Assembly: GCA_964057225.1 (NCBI GenBank)
Contig: OZ059895.1
Location: 7,006,001 to 7,070,000, forward strand
Source of the DNA: Auanema rhodensis
Lineage: Eukaryota; Animalia; Nematoda
DNA length: 64,000 bases
Direction of reading: 5' to 3'
Shown: one piece after another, positions 1 through 14,955 of the stretch
How the letters are laid out: each line of letters begins with the position of its first letter
Position numbering within the stretch: the stretch's first letter is position 1
The notes under the pieces: generated by a model
What the model saw: the letters and a program-made list of their open reading frames with translations, nothing else
Database searches by the model: none
Told to the model about the DNA's origin: nothing
Program-made: the position numbers and the translations under genes

Positions 1-3000
1 TGTTGAACTAAATTTTGGAAAGCTCACTATATGTGAGCAACATTGATATTCCATCTCTCTGAAGATTCGGAAGCTTGTCTATCTCTTTACCGGAAACTTT
101 TATTGTTCAGACAATCTCAGTCTAGAGTTTTGAATGTTCTTCTGAACAGGAATACGGTGCACGTGCCATATATCTTGGGGTATTCATCATCATATTTGGT
201 TTAATTACCCAAGTTTGAGGTACTTTGATGATTCAACAAGGGTTACACCTGATGTTGAACTAAATTTTGGAAAGCTCACTATATGTGAGCAACATTGATA
301 TTTCATCTCTCTGAACATTCTGAAGCTTGTCTATCTCTTGACCGAAAATGTTCATTGTTCAGACAATCTCAGTCTAGAATTTTGAATGTTCTTCTGAACA
401 GGAATACGGTGCACGTGCCATTTGCCTTGGGGTATTCATCTTCATCTTTGGTTTAATTACCCAAGTTTGAGGTACTTTGATGATTCAACAAGGGTTACAC
501 CTGATGTTGAACTAAATTTTGGAAAGCTCACTATATGTGAGCAACATTGATATTTCATCTTTCTGAAGATTCTGAAGCTTGTCTATCTCTTGACCCAAAA
601 TGTTCATTGTTCAGACAATCTCAGTCTAGAGTTTTGAATGTTCTTCTGAACAGGAATACGGTGCACGTGCCATTTGCCTTGGGGTATTCATCTACATCTT
701 TGGTTTAATTAAGCAAGTTTGAGGTACTTTGATGATTCAACAAGGGTTACACCTGATGTTGAACTAAATTTTGGAAAGCTCACTATATGTGAGCAACATT
801 GATATTTCATCTTTCTGAAGATTCTGAAGCTTGTCTATCTCTTGACCCAAAATGTTCATTGTTCAGACAATCTCAGTCTAGAGTTTTGAATGTTCTTCTG
901 AACAGGAATACGGTGCACGTGCCATTTGCCTTGGGGTATTCATCTACATCTTTGGTTTAATTACCCAAGTTTGAGGTACTTTGATGATTCAACAAGGGTT
1001 ACACCTGATGTTGAACTAAATTTTGGAAAGCTCACTATATGTGAGCAACATTGATATTCCATCTCTCTGAAGATTCGGAAGCTTGTCTATCTCTTTACCG
1101 GAAACTTTTATTGTTCAGACAATCTCAGTCTAGAGTTTTGAATGTTCTTCTGAACAGGAATACGGTGCACGTGCCATTTGCCTTGGGGTATTCATCTTCA
1201 TGTTTGGTTTAATTACCCAAGTTTGAGGTACTTTGATGATTCAACAAGGGGGTCACCTGATGTTGAACTAAATTTTGGAAAGCTCACTATATGTGAGCAA
1301 CATTGATATTTCATCTTTCTGAAGATTCTGAAGCTTGTCTATCTCTTGACCCAAAATGTTCATTGTTCAGACAATCTCAGTCTAGAGTTTTGAATGTTTT
1401 TCTGAACAGGAATACGGTGCACGTGCCATTTGCCTTCGAGTATTCATCTTCATCTTTGGTTTAATTACCCAAGTTTGAGGTACTTTGATGATTCAACAAG
1501 GGTTACACCTTATGTTGAACTAAATTTTGGAAAGCTCACTATATGTGAGCAACATTGATATTTCATCTTTCTGAAGATTCTGAAGCTTGTCTATCTCTTG
1601 ACCGAAAATGTTCATTGTTCAGACAATCTCAGTCTAGAGTTTTGAATGTTTTTCTGAACAGGAATACGGTGCACGTGCCATTTGCCTTCGAGTATTCATC
1701 TTCATCTTTGGTTTAATTACCCAAGTTTGAGGTACTTTGATGATTCAACAAGGGTTACACCTTATGTTGAACTAAATTTTGGAAAGCTCACTATATGTGA
1801 GCAACATTGATATTTCATCTTTCTGAAGATTCTGAAGCTTGTCTATCTCTTGATCGAAAATGTTCATTGTTCAGACAATCTCAGTCTAGAGTTTTGAATG
1901 TTTTTCTGAACAGGAATACGGTGCACGTGCCATTTGCCTTCGAGTATTCATCTTCATCTTTGGTTTAATTACCCAAGTTTGAGGTACTTTGATGATTCAA
2001 CAAGGGTTACACCTTATGTTGAACTAAATTTTGGAAAGCTCACTATATGTGAGCAACATTGATATTTCATCTTTCTGAAGATTCTGAAGCTTGTCTATCT
2101 CTTGACCCAAAATGTTCATTGTTCAGACAATCTCAGTCTAGAGTTTTGAATGTTTTTCTGAACAGGAATACGGTGCACGTGCCATTTGCCTTCGAGTATT
2201 CATCTTCATCTTTGGTTTAATTACCCAAGTTTGAGGTACTTTGATGATTCAACAAGGGTTACACCTGATGTTGAACTAAATTTTGGAAAGCTCACTATAT
2301 GTGAGCAACATTGATATTTCATCTTTCTGAAGATTCTGAAGCTTGTCTATCTCTTGACCGAAAATGTTCATTGTTCAGACAATCTCAGTCTAGAGTTTTG
2401 AATGTTCTTCTGAACAGGAATACGGTGCACGTGCCATATATCTTGGGGTATTCATCATCATATTTGGTTTAATTACCCAAGTTTGAGGTACTTTGATGAT
2501 TCAACAAGGGTTACACCTGATGTTGAACTAAATTTTGGAAAGCTCACTATATGTGAGCAACATTGATATTTCATCTTTCTGAAGATTCTGAAGCTTGTCT
2601 ATCTCTTGACCGAAAATGTTCATTGTTCAGACAATCTCAGTCTAGAGTTTTGAATGTTCTTCTGAACAGGAATACGGTGCACGTGCCATATATCTTGGGG
2701 TATTCATCATCATATTTGGTTTAATTACCCAAGTTTGAGGTACTTTGATGATTCAACAAGGGTTACACCTGATGTTGAACTAAATTTTGGAAAGCTCACT
2801 ATATGTGAGCAACATTGATATTTCATCTTTCTGAAGATTCTGAAGCTTGTCTATCTCTCGACCGAAAAAGTTCATTGTTCAGACAATCTCAGTCTAGAGT
2901 TTTGAATGTTCTTCTGAACAGGAATACGGTGCACGTGCCATTTGCCTTCGAGTATTCATCTTCATCTTTGGTTTAATTACCCAAGTTTGAGGTACTTTGA

Positions 3001-6000
3001 TGATTCAACAAGGGTTACACCTTATGTTGAACTAAATTTTGGAAAGCTCACTATATGTGAGCAACATTGATATTTCATCTTTCTGAAGATTCTGAAGCTT
3101 GTCTATCTCTTGACCGAAAATGTTCATTGTTCAGACAATCTCAGTCTAGAGTTTTGAATGTTCTTCTGAACAGGAATACGGTGCACGTGCCATATATCTT
3201 GGGGTATTCATCATCATATTTGGTTTAATTACCCAAGTTTGAGGTACTTTGATGATTCAAGAAGGGTTACACCTGATGTTGAACTAAATTTTGGAAAGCT
3301 CACTATATGTGAGCAACATTGATATTTCATCTTTCTGAAGATTCTGAAGCTTGTCTATCTCTTGACCGAAAATGTTCATTGTTCAGACAATCTCAGTCTA
3401 GAGTTTTGAATGTTCTTCTGAACAGGAATACGGTGCACGTGCCATATATCTTGGGGTATTCATCATCATATTTGGTTTAATTACCCAAGTTTGAGGTACT
3501 TTGATGATTCAACAAGGGTTACACCTGATGTTGAACTAAATTTTGGAAAGCTCACTATATGTGAGCAACATTGATATTTCATCTCTCTGAACATTCTGAA
3601 GCTTGTCTATCTCTTGACCGAAAATGTTCATTGTTCAGACAATCTCAGTCTAGAATTTTGAATGTTCTTCTGAACAGGAATACGGTGCACGTGCCATTTG
3701 CCTTGGGGTATTCATCTTCATCTTTGGTTTAATTACCCAAGTTTGAGGTACTTTGATGATTCAACAAGGGTTACACCTGATGTTGAACTAAATTTTGGAA
3801 AGCTCACTATATGTGAGCAACATTGATATTTCATCTTTCTGAAGATTCTGAAGCTTGTCTATCTCTCGACCGAAAAAGTTCATTGTTCAGACAATCTCAG
3901 TCTAGAGTTTTGAATGTTCTTCTGAACAGGAATACGGTGCACGTGCCATTTGCCTTCGAGTATTCATCTTCATCTTTGGTTTAATTACCCAAGTTTGAGG
4001 TACTTTGATGATTCAACAAGGGTTACACCTTATGTTGAACTAAATTTTGGAAAGCTCACTATATGTGAGCAACATTGATATTCCATCTTTCTGAAGATTC
4101 TGAAGCTTGTCTATCTCTTGACCGAAAATGTTCATTGTTCAGACAATCTCAGTCTAGAGTTTTGAATGTTCTTCTGAACAGGAATACGGTGCACGTGCCA
4201 TATATCTTGGGGTATTCATCATCATATTTGGTTTAATTACCCAAGTTTGAGGTACTTTGATGATTCAAGAAGGGTTACACCTGATGTTGAACTAAATTTT
4301 GGAAAGCTCACTATATGTGAGCAACATTGATATTTCATCTTTCTGAAGATTCTGAAGCTTGTCTATCTCTTGACCGAAAATGTTCATTGTTCAGACAATC
4401 TCAGTCTAGAGTTTTGAATGTTCTTCTGAACAGGAATACGGTGCACGTGCCATATATCTTGGGGTATTCATCATCATATTTGGTTTAATTACCCAAGTTT
4501 GAGGTACTTTGATGATTCAACAAGGGTTACACCTGATGTTGAACTAAATTTTGGAAAGCTCACTATATGTGAGCAACATTGATATTTCATCTCTCTGAAC
4601 ATTCTGAAGCTTGTCTATCTCTTGACCGAAAATGTTCATTGTTCAGACAATCTCAGTCTAGAATTTTGAATGTTCTTCTGAACAGGAATACGGTGCACGT
4701 GCCATTTGCCTTGGGGTATTCATCTTCATCTTTGGTTTAATTACCCAAGTTTGAGGTACTTTGATGATTCAACAAGGGTTACACCTGATGTTGAACTAAA
4801 TTTTGGAAAGCTCACTATATGTGAGCAACATTGATATTCCATCTTTCTGAAGATTCTGAAGCTTGTCTATCTCTTGACCGAAAATGTTCATTGTTCAGAC
4901 AATCTCAGTCTAGAGTTTTGAATGTTCTTCTGAACAGGAATACGGTGCACGTGCCATATATCTTGGGGTATTCATCATCATATTTGGTTTAATTACCCAA
5001 GTTTGAGGTACTTTGATGATTCAACAAGGGTTACACCTGATGTTGAACTAAATTTTGGAAAGCTCACTATATGTGAGCAACATTGATATTTCATCTCTCT
5101 GAACATTCTGAAGCTTGTCTATCTCTTGACCGAAAATGTTCATTGTTCAGACAATCTCAGTCTAGAATTTTGAATGTTCTTCTGAACAGGAATACGGTGC
5201 ACGTGCCATTTGCCTTGGGGTATTCATCTTCATCTTTGGTTTAATTACCCAAGTTTGAGGTACTTTGATGATTCAACAAGGGTTACACCTGATGTTGAAC
5301 TAAATTTTGGAAAGCTCACTATATGTGAGCAACATTGATATTTCATCTTTCTGAAGATTCTGAAGCTTGTCTATCTCTTGACCCAAAATGTTCATTGTTC
5401 AGACAATCTCAGTCTAGAGTTTTGAATGTTCTTCTGAACAGGAATACGGTGCACGTGCCATATATCTTGGGGTATTCATCATCATATTTGGTTTAATTAC
5501 CCAAGTTTGAGGTACTTTGATGATTCAAGAAGGGTTACACCTGATGTTGAACTACATTTTGGAAAGCTCACTATATGTGAGCAACATTGATATTTCATCT
5601 TTCTGAAGATTCTGAAGCTTGTCTATCTCTTGACCCAAAATGTTCATTGTTGAGACAATCTCAGTCTAGAGTTTTGAAATTTCTTCTGAACAGGAATACG
5701 GTGCACGTGCCATTTGCCTTGGGGTATTCATCTTCATCTTTGGTTTAATTACCCAAGTTTGAGGTACTTTGATGATTCAACAAGGGTTACACCTGATGTT
5801 GAACTAAATTTTGGAAAGCTCACTATATGTGAGCAACATTGATATTTCATCTTTCTGAAGATTCTGAAGCTTGTCTATCCCTTGACCGAAAATGTTCATT
5901 GTTCAGTCAATCACAGTCTAGAGTTTTGAATGTTCTTCTGAACAGGAATACGGTGCACGTGCCATTTGCCTTGGGGTATTCATCTTCATCTTTGGTTTAA

Positions 6001-9000
6001 TTACCCAAGTTTGAGGTACTTTGATGATTCAACAAGGGTTACACCTGATGTTGAACTAAATTTTGGAAAGCTCACTATATGTGAGCAACATTGATATTTC
6101 ATCTTTCTGAAGATTCTGAAGCTTGTCTATCTCTTGACCGAAAATGTTCATTGTTCAGACAATCTCAGTCTAGAGTTTTGAATGTTCTTCTGAACAGGAA
6201 TACGGTGCACGTGCCATATATCTTGGGGTATTCATCATCATATTTGGTTTAATTACCCAAGTTTGAGGTACTTTGATGATTCAACAAGGGTTACACCTGA
6301 TGTTGAACTAAATTTTGGAAAGCTCACTATATGTGAGCAACATTGATATTTCATCTCTCTGAACATTCTGAAGCTTGTCTATCTCTTGACCGAAAATGTT
6401 CATTGTTCAGACAATCTCAGTCTAGAATTTTGAATGTTCTTCTGAACAGGAATACGGTGCACGTGCCATTTGCCTTGGGGTATTCATCTTCATCTTTGGT
6501 TTAATTACCCAAGTTTGAGGTACTTTGATGATTCAACAAGGGTTACACCTGATGTTGAACTAAATTTTGGAAAGCTCACTATATGTGAGCAACATTGATA
6601 TTTCATCTTTCTGAAGATTCTGAAGCTTGTCTATCTCTCGACCGAAAAAGTTCATTGTTCAGACAATCTCAGTCTAGAGTTTTGAATGTTCTTCTGAACA
6701 GGAATACGGTGCACGTGCCATTTGCCTTCGAGTATTCATCTTCATCTTTGGTTTAATTACCCAAGTTTGAGGTACTTTGATGATTCAACAAGGGTTACAC
6801 CTTATGTTGAACTAAATTTTGGAAAGCTCACTATATGTGAGCAACATTGATATTCCATCTTTCTGAAGATTCTGAAGCTTGTCTATCTCTTGACCGAAAA
6901 TGTTCATTGTTCAGACAATCTCAGTCTAGAGTTTTGAATGTTCTTCTGAACAGGAATACGGTGCACGTGCCATATATCTTGGGGTATTCATCATCATATT
7001 TGGTTTAATTACCCAAGTTTGAGGTACTTTGATGATTCAACAAGGGTTACACCTGATGTTGAACTAAATTTTGGAAAGCTCACTATATGTGAGCAACATT
7101 GATATTTCATCTCTCTGAACATTCTGAAGCTTGTCTATCTCTTGACCGAAAATGTTCATTGTTCAGACAATCTCAGTCTAGAATTTTGAATGTTCTTCTG
7201 AACAGGAATACGGTGCACGTGCCATTTGCCTTGGGGTATTCATCTTCATCTTTGGTTTAATTACCCAAGTTTGAGGTACTTTGATGATTCAACAAGGGTT
7301 ACACCTGATGTTGAACTAAATTTTGGAAAGCTCACTATATGTGAGCAACATTGATATTTCATCTTTCTGAAGATTCTGAAGCTTGTCTATCTCTTGACCC
7401 AAAATGTTCATTGTTCAGACAATCTCAGTCTAGAGTTTTGAATGTTCTTCTGAACAGGAATACGGTGCACGTGCCATTTGCCTTGGGGTATTCATCTACA
7501 TCTTTGGTTTAATTACCCATGTTTGAGGTACTTTGATGATTCAACAAGGGTTACACCTGATGTTGAACTAAATTTTGGAAAGCTCACTATATGTGAGCAA
7601 CATTGATATTTCATCTCTCTGAACATTCTGAAGCTTGTCTATCTCTTGACCGAAAAAGTTCATTGTTCAGACAATCTCAGTCTAGAGTTTTGAATGTTCT
7701 TCTGAACAGGAATACGGTGCACGTGCCATTTGCCTTCGAGTATTCATCTTCATCTTTGGTTTAATTACCCAAGTTTGAGGTACTTTGATGATTCAACAAG
7801 GGTTACACCTTATGTTGAACTAAATTTTGGAAAGCTCACTATATGTGAGCAACATTGATATTCCATCTTTCTGAAGATTCTGAAGCTTGTCTATCTCTTG
7901 ACCGAAAATGTTCATTGTTCAGACAATCTCAGTCTAGAGTTTTGAATGTTCTTCTGAACAGGAATACGGTGCACGTGCCATATATCTTGGGGTATTCATC
8001 ATCATATTTGGTTTAATTACCCAAGTTTGAGGTACTTTGATGATTCAACAAGGGTTACACCTGATGTTGAACTAAATTTTGGAAAGCTCACTATATGTGA
8101 GCAACATTGATATTTCATCTCTCTGAACATTCTGAAGCTTGTCTATCTCTTGACCGAAAATGTTCATTGTTCAGACAATCTCAGTCTAGAATTTTGAATG
8201 TTCTTCTGAACAGGAATACGGTGCACGTGCCATTTGCCTTGGGGTATTCATCTTCATCTTTGGTTTAATTACCCAAGTTTGAGGTACTTTGATGATTCAA
8301 CAAGGGTTACACCTGATGTTGAACTAAATTTTGGAAAGCTCACTATATGTGAGCAACATTGATATTTCATCTTTCTGAAGATTCTGAAGCTTGTCTATCT
8401 CTTGACCCAAAATGTTCATTGTTCAGACAATCTCAGTCTAGAGTTTTGAATGTTCTTCTGAACAGGAATACGGTGCACGTGCCATTTGCCTTGGGGTATT
8501 CATCTACATCTTTGGTTTAATTACCCAAGTTTGAGGTACTTTGATGATTCAACAAGGGTTACACCTGATGTTGAACTAAATTTTGGAAAGCTCACTATAT
8601 GTGAGCAACATTGATATTCCATCTCTCTGAAGATTCGGAAGCTTGTCTATCTCTTTACCGGAAATGTTCATTGTTCAGACAATCTCAGTCTAGAATTTTG
8701 AATGTTCTTCTGAACAGGAATACGGTGCACGTGCCATTTGCCTTGGGGTATTCATCTTCATCTTTGGTTTAATTACCCAAGTTTGAGGTACTTTGATGAT
8801 TCAACAAGGGTTACACCTGATGTTGAACTAAATTTTGGAAAGCTCACTATATGTGAGCAACATTGATATTCCATCTTTCTGAAGATTCTGAAGCTTGTCT
8901 ATCTCTTGACCGAAAATGTTCATTGTTCAGACAATCTCAGTCTAGAGTTTTGAATGTTCTTCTGAACAGGAATACGGTGCACGTGCCATATATCTTGGGG

Positions 9001-12000
9001 TATTCATCATCATATTTGGTTTAATTACCCAAGTTTGAGGTACTTTGATGATTCAACAAGGGTTACACCTGATGTTGAACTAAATTTTGGAAAGCTCACT
9101 ATATGTGAGCAACATTGATATTTCATCTCTCTGAACATTCTGAAGCTTGTCTATCTCTTGACCGAAAATGTTCATTGTTCAGACAATCTCAGTCTAGAAT
9201 TTTGAATGTTCTTCTGAACAGGAATACGGTGCACGTGCCATTTGCCTTGGGGTATTCATCTTCATCTTTGGTTTAATTACCCAAGTTTGAGGTACTTTGA
9301 TGATTCAACAAGGGTTACACCTGATGTTGAACTAAATTTTGGAAAGCTCACTATATGTGAGCAACATTGATATTTCATCTTTCTGAAGATTCTGAAGCTT
9401 GTCTATCTCTTGACCCAAAATGTTCATTGTTCAGACAATCTCAGTCTAGAGTTTTGAATGTTCTTCTGAACAGGAATACGGTGCACGTGCCATATATCTT
9501 GGGGTATTCATCATCATATTTGGTTTAATTACCCAAGTTTGAGGTACTTTGATGATTCAAGAAGGGTTACACCTGATGTTGAACTAAATTTTGGAAAGCT
9601 CACTATATGTGAGCAACATTGATATTTCATCTTTCTGAAGATTCTGAAGCTTGTCTATCTCTTGACCGAAAATGTTCATTGTTCAGACAATCTCAGTCTA
9701 GAGTTTTGAATGTTCTTCTGAACAGGAATACGGTGCACGTGCCATATATCTTGGGGTATTCATCATCGTATTTGGTTTAATTACCCAAGTTTGAGGTACT
9801 TTGATGATTCAACAAGGGTTACACCTGATGTTGAACTAAATTTTGGAAAGCTCACTATATGTGAGCAACATTGATATTTCATCTCTCTGAACATTCTGAA
9901 GCTTGTCTATCTCTTGACCGAAAATGTTCATTGTTCAGACAATCTCAGTCTAGAATTTTGAATGTTCTTCTGAACAGGAATACGGTGCACGTGCCATTTG
10001 CCTTGGGGTATTCATCTTCATCTTTGGTTTAATTACCCAAGTTTGAGGTACTTTGATGATTCAACAAGGGTTACACCTGATGTTGAACTAAATTTTGGAA
10101 AGCTCACTATATGTGAGCAACATTGATATTTCATCTTTCTGAAGATTCTGAAGCTTGTCTATCTCTCGACCGAAAAAGTTCATTGTTCAGACAATCTCAG
10201 TCTAGAGTTTTGAATGTTCTTCTGAACAGGAATACGGTGCACGTGCCATTTGCCTTCGAGTATTCATCTTCATCTTTGGTTTAATTACCCAAGTTTGAGG
10301 TACTTTGATGATTCAACAAGGGTTACACCTTATGTTGAACTAAATTTTGGAAAGCTCACTATATGTGAGCAACATTGATATTCCATCTTTCTGAAGATTC
10401 TGAAGCTTGTCTATCTCTTGACCGAAAATGTTCATTGTTCAGACAATCTCAGTCTAGAGTTTTGAATGTTCTTCTGAACAGGAATACGGTGCACGTGCCA
10501 TATATCTTGGGGTATTCATCATCATATTTGGTTTAATTACCCAAGTTTGAGGTACTTTGATGATTCAACAAGGGTTACACCTGATGTTGAACTAAATTTT
10601 GGAAAGCTCACTATATGTGAGCAACATTGATATTTCATCTCTCTGAACATTCTGAAGCTTGTCTATCTCTTGACCGAAAATGTTCATTGTTCAGACAATC
10701 TCAGTCTAGAATTTTGAATGTTCTTCTGAACAGGAATACGGTGCACGTGCCATTTGCCTTGGGGTATTCATCTTCATCTTTGGTTTAATTACCCAAGTTT
10801 GAGGTACTTTGATGATTCAACAAGGGTTACACCTGATGTTGAACTAAATTTTGGAAAGCTCACTATATGTGAGCAACATTGATATTTCATCTTTCTGAAG
10901 ATTCTGAAGCTTGTCTATCTCTTGACCCAAAATGTTCATTGTTCAGACAATCTCAGTCTAGAGTTTTGAATGTTCTTCTGAACAGGAATACGGTGCACGT
11001 GCCATTTGCCTTGGGGTATTCATCTACATCTTTGGTTTAATTACCCAAGTTTGAGGTACTTTGATGATTCAACAAGGGTTACACCTGATGTTGAACTAAA
11101 TTTTGGAAAGCTCACTATATGTGAGCAACATTGATATTCCATCTCTCTGAAGATTCGGAAGCTTGTCTATCTCTTTACCGGAAACTTTTATTGTTCAGAC
11201 AATCTCAGTCTAGAGTTTTGAATGTTCTTCTGAACAGGAATACGGTGCACGTGCCATTTGCCTTGGGGTATTCATCTTCATGTTTGGTTTAATTACCCAA
11301 GTTTGAGGTACTTTGATGATTCAACAAGGGTTACACCTTATGTTGAACTAAATTTTGGAAAGCTCACTATATGTGAGCAACATTGATATTCCATCTTTCT
11401 GAAGATTCTGAAGCTTGTCTATCTCTTGACCGAAAATGTTCATTGTTCAGACAATCTCAGTCTAGAGTTTTGAATGTTCTTCTGAACAGGAATACGGTGC
11501 ACGTGCCATATATCTTGGGGTATTCATCATCATATTTGGTTTAATTACCCAAGTTTGAGGTACTTTGATGATTCAACAAGGGTTACACCTGATGTTGAAC
11601 TAAATTTTGGAAAGCTCACTATATGTGAGCAACATTGATATTTCATCTTTCTGAAGATTCTGAAGCTTGTCTATCTCTTGACCCAAAATGTTCATTGTTC
11701 AGACAATCTCAGTCTAGAGTTTTGAATGTTCTTCTGAACAGGAATACGGTGCACGTGCCATTTGCCTTGGGGTATTCATCTACATCTTTGGTTTAATTAC
11801 CCAAGTTTGAGGTACTTTGATGATTCAACAAGGGTTACACCTGATGTTGAACTAAATTTTGGAAAGCTCACTATATGTGAGCAACATTGATATTTCATCT
11901 TTCTGAAGATTCTGAAGCTTGTCTATCTCTTGACCCAAAATGTTCATTGTTCAGACAATCTCAGTCTAGAGTTTTGAATGTTCTTCTGAACAGGAATACG

Positions 12001-14955
12001 GTGCACGTGCCATTTGCCTTGGGGTATTCATCTACATCTTTGGTTTAATTACCCAAGTTTGAGGTACTTTGATGATTCAACAAGGGTTACACCTGATGTT
12101 GAACTAAATTTTGGAAAGCTCACTATATGTGAGCAACATTGATATTCCATCTCTCTGAAGATTCGGAAGCTTGTCTATCTCTTTACCGGAAACTTTTATT
12201 GTTCAGACAATCTCAGTCTAGAGTTTTGAATGTTCTTCTGAACAGGAATACGGTGCACGTGCCATTTGCCTTGGGGTATTCATCTTCATGTTTGGTTTAA
12301 TTACCCAAGTTTGAGGTACTTTGATGATTCAACAAGGGTTACACCTGATGTTGAACTAAATTTTGGAAAGCTCACTATATGTGAGCAACATTGATATTTC
12401 ATCTTTCTGAAGATTCTGAAGCTTGTCTATCTCTTGACCCAAAATGTTCATTGTTCAGACAATCTCAGTCTAGAGTTTTGAATGTTCTTCTGAACAGGAA
12501 TACGGTGCACGTGCCATTTGCCTTGGGGTATTCATCTTCATCTTTGGTTTAATTACCCAAGTTTGAGGTACTTTGATGATTCAACAAGGGTTACACGTGA
12601 TGTTGAACTAAATTTTGGAAAGCTCACTATATGTGAGCAACATTGATATTCCATCTCTCTGAAGATTCTGAAGCTTGTCTATCTCTTGACCCAAAATGTT
12701 CATTGTTCAGACAATCTCAGTCTAGAGTTTTGAATGTTCTTCTGAACAGGAATACGGTGCACGTGCCATTTGCCTTGGGGTATTCATCTTCATCTTTGGT
12801 TTAATTACCCAAGTTTGAGGTACTTTGATGATTCAACAAGGGTTACACCTGATGTTGAACTAAATTTTGGAAAGCTCACTATATGTGAGCAACATTGATA
12901 TTTCATCTTTCTGAAGATTCTGAAGCTTGTCTATCTCTTGACCCAAAATGTTCATTGTTCAGACAATCTCAGTCTAGAGTTTTGAATGTTCTTCTGAACA
13001 GGAATACGGTGCACGTGCCATTTGCCTTGGGGTATTCATCTTCATCTTTGGTTTAATTACCCAAGTTTGAGGTACTTTGATGATTCAACAAGGGTTACAC
13101 GTGATGTTGAACTAAATTTTGGAAAGCTCACTATATGTGAGCAACATTGATATTCCATCTCTCTGAAGATTCTGAAGCTTGTCTATCTCTTGACCCAAAA
13201 TGTTCATTGTTCAGACAATCTCAGTCTAGAGTTTTGAATGTTCTTCTGAACAGGAATACGGTGCACGTGCCATTTGCCTTGGGGTATTCATCTTCATCTT
13301 TGGTTTAATTACCCAAGTTTGAGGTACTTTGATGATTCAACAAGGGTTACACCTGATGTTGAACTAAATTTTGGAAAGCTCACTATATGTGAGCAACATT
13401 GATATTTCATCTTTCTGAAGATTATGAAGCTTGTCTATCTCTTGACCCAAAATGTTCATTGTTCAGACAATCTCAGTCTAGAATTTTGAATGTTCTTCTG
13501 AACAGGAATACGGTGCACGTGCCATTTGCCTTGGGGTATTCATCTTCATCTTTGGTTTAATTACCCAAGTTTGAGGTACTTTGATGATTCAACAAGAGTT
13601 ACACCTGATGTTGAACTAAATTTTGGAAAGCTCACTCTATGTGAGCAACATTGATATTTCATCTTTCTGAAGATTCTGAAGCTTGTCTATCTCTTGACCG
13701 AAAATGTTCATTGTTCAGACAATCTCAGTCTAGAGTTTTGAATGTTCTTCTGAACAGGAATACGGTGCACGTGCCACTTGCCTTGGGTTATTCATCATCA
13801 TATTTGGTTTAATTACCCAAGTTTGAGGTACTTTGATGATTCAACAAGGGTTACACCTGATGTTGAACTAAATTTTGGAAAGCTCACTATATGTGAGCAA
13901 CATTGATATTTCATCTTTCTGAAGATTATGAAGCTTGTCTATCTCTTGACCCAAAATGTTCATTGTTCAGACAATCTCAGTCTAGAATTTTGAATGTTCT
14001 TCTGAACAGGAATACGGTGCACGTGCCACTTGCCTTGGGTTATTCATCATCATATTTGGTTTAATTACCCAAGTTTGAGGTACTTTGATGATTCAACAAG
14101 GGTTACACCTGATGTTGAACTAAATTTTGGAAAGCTCACTATATGTGAGCAACATTGATATTTCATCTTTCTGAAGATTATGAAGCTTGTCTATCTCTTG
14201 ACCCAAAATGTTCATTGTTCAGACAATCTCAGTCTAGAATTTTGAATGTTCTTCTGAACAGGAATACGGTGCACGTGCCATTTGCCTTGGGGTATTCATC
14301 TTCATCTTTGGTTTAATTACCCAAGTTTGAGGTACTTTGATGATTCAACAAGGGTTACACCTGATGTTGAACTAAATTTTGGAAAGCTCACTCTATGTGA
14401 GCAACATTGATATTTCATCTCTCTGAAGATTCTGAAGCTTGTCTATCTCTTGACCGAAAATGTTCATTGTTCAGACAATCTCAGTCTAGAGTTTTGAATG
14501 TTCTTCTGAACAGGAATACGGTGCACGTGCCATTTGCCTTGGGGTATTCATCTTCATCTTTGGTTTAATTACCCAAGTTTGAGGTACTTTGATGATTCAA
14601 CAAGGGTTACACCTGATGTTGAACTAAATTTTGGAAAGCTCACTATATGTGAGCAACATTGATATTTCATCTTTCTGAAGATTATGAAGCTTGTCTATCT
14701 CTTGACCGAAAATGTTCATTGTTCAGACAATCTCAGTCTAGAATTTTGAATGTTCTTCTGAACAGGAATACGGTGCACGTGCCATTTGCCTTGGGGTATT
14801 CATCTTCATCTTTGGTTTAATTACCCAAGTTTGAGGTACTTTGATGATTCAACAAGGGTTACACCTGATGTTGAACTAAATTTTGGAAAGCTCACTATAT
14901 GTGAGCAACATTGATATTTCATCTTTCTGAAGATTCTGAAGCTTGTCTATCTCTT
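1..14955. repeat. Tandem satellite array, 252-bp monomer, left arm (about 59.3 copies; continues beyond window start)
   Basis: TGTTGAACTAAATTTTGGAAAGCTCAC recurs at 1, 253, ... 14869 (=1+59x252), so the period is exact with no net indel. Monomers differ only by a few substitutions. The consensus carries HindIII, XbaI, ApaLI and PmlI sites, and has stops in all six frames. Confidence 0.99.
14951..14955 (+). other. Left target-site duplication CTCTT
   Basis: The satellite normally reads GTCTAT-CTCTT-GACC. Here CTCTT occurs on both sides of the element (monomer positions 83-87). Confidence 0.95.

Noticed and set aside
1-252. Possible ancestral dimer of about 126-bp subunits (CTAAATTTTGGAA vs CTAGAATTTTGAA; TTCATCTTT twice; CCCAA twice)
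   Set aside because: Offsets are inconsistent (about 114-140 bp) and similarity is too low to support by eye.
1-14955. 252 bp = 84 codons, suggesting a coding repeat protein
   Set aside because: Every monomer has stop codons in all six frames, and the ORF track shows nothing in the array.
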